A DNA stretch of 32,000 bases from assembly GCF_001644705.1 (NCBI RefSeq), contig NZ_CP015137.1, forward strand, positions 2,850,001 to 2,882,000. The letters run 5' to 3'. Numbering within the stretch: the stretch's first letter is position 1; every line of letters starts with the position of its first letter. Made by a program: the position numbers and the translations under genes. The DNA is from Dickeya solani IPO 2222 (GTDB lineage Bacteria > Pseudomonadota > Gammaproteobacteria > Enterobacterales > Enterobacteriaceae). Shown here one piece after another: positions 27,150-32,000 of this stretch. Below the pieces are notes generated by a model. That model had not been told where the DNA came from and did not search any database. It saw only the letters and a list, made by a program, of their open reading frames with translations.

Positions 27150-27534
27150 ATTCAAAATGATTGTAATTCGTTGAATATAAGCGAATATTTTTTCATTTTT
27201 GAGGTGTGCTAAGTCATACCATAAGGTGTACAAGTGTGATTTGACCTGGCAGGATGCGTCAGATCGTGCATATCCAGCTTCGTCTCGAACCGTCCGGTGA
27301 AATGATCCTCTGGGACTTCAACACAAGACGGGTCGTTGCCATTCGATGGCCAAGCGTCGCAAACACTAAGCTCCTCGCCACATGGGACAGTCGCAATCGA
27401 CCAGTTCTTCATCCAACGAATGGCCGCAGGCACGGGTACTGCTGCATGGACGAAAACGGGCAGAACTCGTTGCAAGGTTGAGGAGCTGTCCGCGATGGCT
27501 GCTATGCCTGGTGCGGGAGCGGATCATCTACCCA

Positions 27535-28197
27535 TCACTCACTGAACCGACCACGCAGAAGCATGAGCAACCCCTCTTCCAGATCGCGCTCAAAATCATA
27601 GCGAAGGGCCACCAGATCGGGGCGTGCAACTACTTCCGCCGCAACTTTGGCTGGATTGCTCAGTGGCCAGAGGCCGATGAGTAAGGGCAGGGCCTGGTGA
27701 ATAAATTGCTCAAACTCGGATGCCGAGACAGACGGTATGCAGCTGTGAAAGTCGAGCGCCGTCTCTTTCCGTATATTTAGCAGCCCATGCTTGAAGCCCA
27801 CCATTCGCTCGGCGGAGATATTGCGCTCAAGAATTGACGGGAAGACGCTGATGAGGCGACACAAGAGCGGACGCGCCGCTACCGTCGTGGTGAAGGCTCG
27901 CACGATGTGTTCGGCGGTTCCCCGATGTCGCGCCTCGCGGCTTAGTGCTGCGCGCAGCTCGGTGCGCCAAATCATGAACTCCTCAACAAGCACCGTGAGC
28001 AAGACGGCTTCGCTGCTCTCAAAGTAGCGATACACGTTCGACTTGGTCATCTGCGCGTACCGCGCCAGTTCATTGATGCCCAGAGCGTGGACGTCAGGGA
28101 TTTCGAGCAGCAGCAACTTCGCGGTATCAAGCAGGTGCCGCCGGCGCTCTTCCTTCTGCTCGTCAGACCGTGCCCTTAAATATTTCGATGTAGTCAT
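27535..28197 (-). CDS. TetR/AcrR-family transcriptional repressor
   Basis: 220 aa. The N-terminal HTH LLDTAKLLLLE...GINELARYAQMTKSNVYRYFESSEAVL is typical of TetR_N. It lies 33 nt downstream of the SDR gene on the same strand. Confidence 0.9.
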   Translation of the reverse strand: MTTSKYLRARSDEQKEERRRHLLDTAKLLLLEIPDVHALGINELARYAQMTKSNVYRYFESSEAVLLTVLVEEFMIWRTELRAALSREARHRGTAEHIVRAFTTTVAARPLLCRLISVFPSILERNISAERMVGFKHGLLNIRKETALDFHSCIPSVSASEFEQFIHQALPLLIGLWPLSNPAKVAAEVVARPDLVALRYDFERDLEEGLLMLLRGRFSE

Positions 28198-28230
28198 TCT
28201 TGAATTCGAGTGAAAGGTTCCACGAGTGCA

Positions 28231-29016
28231 TCATCCGTTCATCAGGCGGGCGAAGAGTGCCTGATGTATCCGGCGAGGCGTCGCCCAGACCATTATTACT
28301 GCTGCCTTGTTTGCCCACCCAGGAACCACGCTTACGCGCCCTGCCTGCAGCGCACGTATTCCTGCACGTACCACGGGTTCTGGCTTCATCATGAGTAGCC
28401 TCAACGCGAGTGTAATCTTTTGTTCTGCCGTCTGCGCAAATCCGGTGTCCGACATGCCTGGGCACAGCGAAGTCACCGTCACGCCGTCTCCCTTAAATTC
28501 GCGGTGCAGTGCATCGCCTAACCGTAGGACATATGCCTTTGCCGCTCCATAGACCGCCATGTTATGCACGCCATAATAAGCCAGAAGACTGGCTACCAGC
28601 AGGATTTTCCCACGGCCCCGCTGACGCATGTCCTGTCCAAAGAGATGCGTCATGGCAGTCAGGCTGGCGATGTCCAACTGCACCATTGCCATGGCCGCGT
28701 CGAGCTGCGTATCAAGGAAAGGCCCTTGCAATCCATGGCCGGCGTTGTTTATCAGGATGTCTACGGCGATACCTTGGTCGCACAGCCGTGAATGCAGTTG
28801 ACCAATAGCGTGAACATCGGAAAGGTCAACTTGTTCGACGAGCACAATGACACCATACGTCGTGCGCAGGGATTCAGCGAGTGTTTGAAGCCGGTCCAGC
28901 CGGCGTGCCACGAGAACCAATGGATGACCCTTGGCCGCGTACTGGCGAGCAAACTCCTCTCCAAAGCCGCTTGAAGCACCGGTGATGAGAACCCATGAAT
29001 CGATAGTAGATGCCAT
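28231..29016 (-). CDS. classical short-chain dehydrogenase/reductase (SDR)
   Basis: 261 aa from ATG 29016 (MASTIDSWVLITGASSGFG). Shows the cofactor motif TGxxxGxG, NNAG (LINNAGHG) and catalytic YxxxK (VYGAAKAYV). The ORF-track start at 29067 is a 17-codon extension. Confidence 0.9.
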   Translation of the reverse strand: MASTIDSWVLITGASSGFGEEFARQYAAKGHPLVLVARRLDRLQTLAESLRTTYGVIVLVEQVDLSDVHAIGQLHSRLCDQGIAVDILINNAGHGLQGPFLDTQLDAAMAMVQLDIASLTAMTHLFGQDMRQRGRGKILLVASLLAYYGVHNMAVYGAAKAYVLRLGDALHREFKGDGVTVTSLCPGMSDTGFAQTAEQKITLALRLLMMKPEPVVRAGIRALQAGRVSVVPGWANKAAVIMVWATPRRIHQALFARLMNG

Positions 29017-29103
29017 ATAGGTAACCTTCACATAAAGATAATCGTGTCGGCCGCAGAAGGCAGCCACTGATGATCGCGTCAGCGGCGCTTAGCAAAATTG
29101 ATA

Positions 29104-29147
29104 TAAAGGACCGCTGGTCTCCAATATAACAGACCATCGGTCTCTTG
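29104..29147. promoter_or_regulatory. paired palindromic operators upstream of the SDR-TetR operon (candidate TetR binding sites)
   Basis: GGACCGCTGGTCTCC (29108-29122) and AGACCATCGGTCTCT (29131-29145) both follow RGACC-N3-GGTCTCY. Their starts are 23 bp apart, 90-130 nt upstream of the SDR start. Confidence 0.5.
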
Positions 29148-29164
29148 TGTCAATATTTTGATCA

Positions 29165-29969
29165 AAGGAATGCAAGGGCGAGGGCGACGCCGACGTTTGT
29201 AGAACTCACGGAAACCGGCTCAAAGTCAGTGCCAGATATATTCCTGGACGTCCGGGGTCGCTCGCGACCAACGTCTTTTCGTGACCGCTTCGCCGCGTTG
29301 CCCGGATTACCGCAGTGTCAGCAAGCGGGCAAAGTCGGTTGACGTCAGTTTTAAAACGCCCACGCGGGGTGAAATCTCGTATCTGGTGATTGATTCCACC
29401 GGGCTGAACGTCTTCGGCGAAGGTGAGTGGAAAATCAAATAACATGGCAAAGAGCGCCGCCGAATCTGGCGAAAACTGCATCTGGCCGTGGATGCGAAGA
29501 CGCATGACATCATCAGTGCTGACCTGTCACTGAACAATGTGACGGACGCAGAGGCTTTCCCAAGTCTTATCCGGCAGATTCACCGGAAAATCAGGTCCGC
29601 AGCAGCGAACAGCGCTTATGACGCCCTACTTTGCCACGACGAACTGCGCCGCAGGAAAATCAGCGCGCTTATCCCACCCCGCAAGGGCACGGGCTACTGG
29701 CCGGAGTATGCCGCTCGCAACCGTGCTGTTGCGAATCAACGTCTGGCGGGAAGCAATGCCCGGTGGAAATGGACGACGGGTTGCCACCGTCGCTTGATAG
29801 CGGAAACGGCAATGTACCGGGTTGGGACCGTTAGGTTGCAGAGGCTTTGTCCATGGTGAGAGCGCTGAATAAAATGACGAAGGCAGGGATGCCAGAAAAC
29901 GTGCGTATTGCCTGAGAGCTAACGTGTTAAGGGAATAATCCCCTTGAATCTGATTTATTCAACAAAACT
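29165..29969 (+). mobile_element. IS903-like (IS5 family) insertion sequence remnant, 5'-truncated with disrupted transposase
   Basis: The translation reads ...RCPDYRSVSKRAKSVDVSFKTPTRGEISYLVIDSTGLNVFGEGEWKIK*HGKERRRIWRKLHLAVDAKTHDIISADLSLNNVTDAEAF...NRAVANQRLAGSNARWKWTT...IAETAMYRV...VRALNKMTKAGMPENVRIA*, matching the IS903 transposase as I recall it. The right inverted repeat CTGATTTATTCAACAAA ends near 29969. No left IR or N-terminal ~55 codons are present, and the left boundary is approximate. Confidence 0.8.
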
Positions 29970-30208
29970 GTTGGCACGTTGAACACTGTCAGAAAAAATC
30001 TATGATCAATTGCAGTTATTAATTGTTCATAAATACGTGGCATTTTATAATTAATTTATTGATATTTAACTGTTATTTTATTTTTTCGGCGTTGTCAGGC
30101 TTAAGTTCCTCTCTTTGCGCCAGCACAGCAATAACTCTCCCCGATAACAAATCAACGGCTCGTTTCTTTCCCCTGGTTTTCTTGTGTTATGCCCGTTCAG
30201 GGTAGGTA

Positions 30209-30493
30209 TTACCATCCCTTGAGCGTAAGCGACAGCGCCGCCAAGCCGCCTGCCAGCGCAATGCAGGATGGCAACAGCAGATAGTGACGCATACGGCGAT
30301 GAAACAGCATGCTCAACGTGAGCAGCATCGCCAGCGCACAGATGTACTTCAGATGGGTCAGATTCAGCTCCGGCAGGGCCAGCAGCGGCATCAGCGCCGC
30401 CGGCAGCAATATGCCCCAGGCGCTGGACAGGCGCTTGCCAAAATACCAGCTTATTCCCCATAGCCCGCAGGCGGCGATCATAGCGGTCAGCAT
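30209..30493 (-). CDS. hypothetical small inner-membrane protein (94 aa, 3 predicted hydrophobic spans)
   Basis: MLTAMIAACGLWGISWYF...GILLPAALMPLLALP...ICALAMLLTLSMLF...LLLPSCIALAGGLAALSL shows hydrophobic segments separated by basic loops. AAGG lies 7 nt upstream of the ATG. No family recognised. Confidence 0.45.
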   Translation of the reverse strand: MLTAMIAACGLWGISWYFGKRLSSAWGILLPAALMPLLALPELNLTHLKYICALAMLLTLSMLFHRRMRHYLLLPSCIALAGGLAALSLTLKGW

Positions 30494-30577
30494 TGTGATG
30501 CCTTTTGTTGATAATGATAACCAATATCATATATCAGATTTGCCGCTATACAACCGGTGCTGCGTGATTTTTGTATG

Positions 30578-30605
30578 ACCTGCCGTTTAACGACGGCAGG
30601 TTTTT
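30578..30605 (+). terminator. intrinsic terminator oriented for the plus strand
   Basis: ACCTGCCGT-TTAACG-ACGGCAGGT is a 9-bp stem followed by TTTTT on the plus strand. On the minus strand, downstream of budR, the hairpin has no U-tract. Confidence 0.5.
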
Positions 30606-30621
30606 GGATGCCTGAGAACGA

Positions 30622-31512
30622 TCAGGCGCTGTGCAGATAGTCGCGCACCAGTTGCAGCATGTTCAGCAGCGTGGCGGAGCGGTCATGTTTGCGCCAGATA
30701 ACGGCAATCTGCGTGGTGAGGTGCGGCGTGTTGGTGTTGTGATAGGTCACATTGCCGGTCTGGATGCTGGCCAGCGATTCGGGGACAAAGGTCACGCCAA
30801 AACCGGACGCCACCATACTGATGGTAGCGGTAATATGCGGCGCCAGCGGGTTGATTTTGGGCTGGTAGCCCGACAGGTAGCAGGCGCGGATAATCAGATC
30901 GTGCAGGCTGGGGCAGAGTTCGCGTGGAAAGATGATCAACGGCTCCTGCAACTGTCCCAGATTGATTTGCGTTTGATCGCTGAACGGATGGTTTTCCGGC
31001 AGCACCAGCCGCATCGGCTCATCCGCCAGTAATTCGCCTTCAAACTCCTCGCCGATATCACATGGCAGGCGCACAAACGCGATGTCGGTGGTGCGGTTGC
31101 GCAGGCTCTCCAGAATCTCATGGATGTGCTCTTCCCGCGGCCGCAGCTGGACGCTGGGATAATGCTGCCGGTAACGGCGCAACAGCGTCAGCACCGTGGG
31201 GTGAAACGTCACCGCACAGGAGAAGCCGACGTTGATCGCGCCGCTCTCCCCGCGGGCGATGCTGCGTACTCTCTCCACGGCCGATTCGGCCAGTTCCAGA
31301 ATATGGCTGGCGTCCTGATACAGCGCTTCGCCAGCTTCCGTCATTTCCACGCCACGGGTCAGCCGCTTGAACAACGGCGTCCCAATTTCCCGTTCAAGTT
31401 TTTGAATCTGCTGGCTTAACGGCGGCTGTGATATGCCGAGACTTTCCGCCGCACGGGTGAAATGCCGGGTTGAGGCCACTGCGACAAAATAGCGCAGGTA
31501 ACGTAATTCCAT
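30622..31512 (-). CDS. budR: LysR-family activator of the acetoin/2,3-butanediol operon (BudR-like)
   Basis: 296 aa from ATG 31512. MELRYLRYFVAVASTRHFTRAAESLGISQPPLSQQIQKLEREIGTPLFKRLTRGVEMTEAGE closely parallels Klebsiella BudR. It is divergent from budA. The ORF-track start at 31539 adds 9 codons with no SD. Confidence 0.88.
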   Translation of the reverse strand: MELRYLRYFVAVASTRHFTRAAESLGISQPPLSQQIQKLEREIGTPLFKRLTRGVEMTEAGEALYQDASHILELAESAVERVRSIARGESGAINVGFSCAVTFHPTVLTLLRRYRQHYPSVQLRPREEHIHEILESLRNRTTDIAFVRLPCDIGEEFEGELLADEPMRLVLPENHPFSDQTQINLGQLQEPLIIFPRELCPSLHDLIIRACYLSGYQPKINPLAPHITATISMVASGFGVTFVPESLASIQTGNVTYHNTNTPHLTTQIAVIWRKHDRSATLLNMLQLVRDYLHSA

Positions 31513-31629
31513 ATATTTTCGATCTCCAAATGGCCACATCTCTGTATTGGAACTTTGGTGTGACGAAGGTCAATATTCAAGTGAAACATTAAATAAATTT
31601 AAGTTGATCATCGTCAGAAGGGAATGGAT

Positions 31630-32000
31630 ATGAAAGATGTTAACTGCGTCGACTCCTGCGTCAGGGAACTGGCCAGCTTTGCACTTCATCATCAGAAACA
31701 GCATCCGGAGTGCGTTATTTATCAAACGTCATTAATGAGCGGGCTTATTAATGGCGTTTATGAAGGTAACATCACCATGGAAGAACTTCTGAAACATGGC
31801 GATTTTGGATTAGGGACGTTTAATGATCTCGACGGTGAACTGGTGGCGCTTAACAGCCGCATCTTCCAGCTCCGTGAAGATGGCAGTGCGCGTGCGGCGC
31901 TGCCCTATCAAAAAACGCCTTTCGCGGTAATGACCTTTTTCCGCCCGACGGAGCAGATCCATTTCGGGCAGGCCACCAGCCGCGAAGCGATTCATCAGCG
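31630..32000 (+). CDS. budA: alpha-acetolactate decarboxylase, 5' part (open to window end)
   Basis: Not in the ORF track because no stop is reached. The translation is MKDVNCVDSCVRELASFALHHQKQHPECVIYQTSLMSGLINGVYEGNITMEELLKHGDFGLGTFNDLDGELVAL...KTPFAVMTFF, the conserved BudA/AlsD N-terminal region. SD AAGGGA lies 6 nt upstream. ATG 31624 is an alternative start. Confidence 0.9.
   Translation, partial: MKDVNCVDSCVRELASFALHHQKQHPECVIYQTSLMSGLINGVYEGNITMEELLKHGDFGLGTFNDLDGELVALNSRIFQLREDGSARAALPYQKTPFAVMTFFRPTEQIHFGQATSREAIHQ

Noticed and set aside
27209-27475. 88-aa minus-strand ORF downstream of the TetR gene (…IRWMKNWSIATVPCGEELSVCDAWPSNGNDPSCVEVPEDHFTGRFETK…).
   Set aside because: It begins with TTG and has no Shine-Dalgarno sequence, since CTCCTC precedes it. 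No family is recognisable. It may be the C-terminal remnant of a lost gene but cannot be supported as a functional CDS.
29206-29537. Minus-strand ORFs 29206-29505 and 29307-29537 inside the IS remnant.
   Set aside because: They are antisense to the recognisable IS903-like transposase reading frames and have no independent support.
30023-30578. ORFs 30023-30205(+), 30078-30530(-) and 30309-30578(+).
   Set aside because: The first lies in AT-rich DNA with a TTG start and a low-complexity I/F/L/N translation. The other two are alternative frames or the antisense of the more plausible 94-aa membrane ORF, and they have atypical composition.

Overview
Chromosomal window from an enterobacterium. 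High GC and budR/budA suggest a Dickeya/Pectobacteriaceae- or Serratia-like host, but that is a guess. Most of it is conserved housekeeping DNA in four blocks. (1) rpsO'-pnp-nlpI-deaD, a yhbW-like luciferase-family monooxygenase, the O2-independent ubiquinone genes ubiV-ubiU / ubiT, yhbS and yhbQ. (2) The deoCABD nucleoside catabolism operon. (3) rimI-holD / rsmC, a divergent aldo-keto reductase/LysR pair, and a tRNA-Leu(CAG) cluster. (4) budR / budA' at the right edge. The accessory content sits at the joints between blocks. A solitary type I-E-like CRISPR repeat with an AT-rich leader-like stretch lies at the yhbQ|deoC joint. A 16-bp x5 tandem repeat and a canonical 127-bp ERIC element lie inside the deoB-deoD spacer. 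A low-GC, translationally coupled Type I restriction-modification operon (hsdR-hsdM-hsdS) is followed by an orphan acidic ORF with a highly structured leader. A second, inverted ERIC copy carries a ~70-bp internal insertion and a 17-bp tandem duplication at its end. A decayed fourth tRNA-Leu copy is followed by a small islet: an SDR-TetR operon with paired palindromic operators, plus a 5'-truncated, multiply disrupted IS903-like element. I found no convincing multi-gene novel system. The Type I R-M is a recognisable known defence system. The least explained parts are the orphan CRISPR repeat, the deo-operon repeats, and the 153-aa ORF with its pseudoknot-like leader. All homology calls come from my own reading of the translated ORFs and recall of E. 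coli K-12 orthologues. No database search was run.
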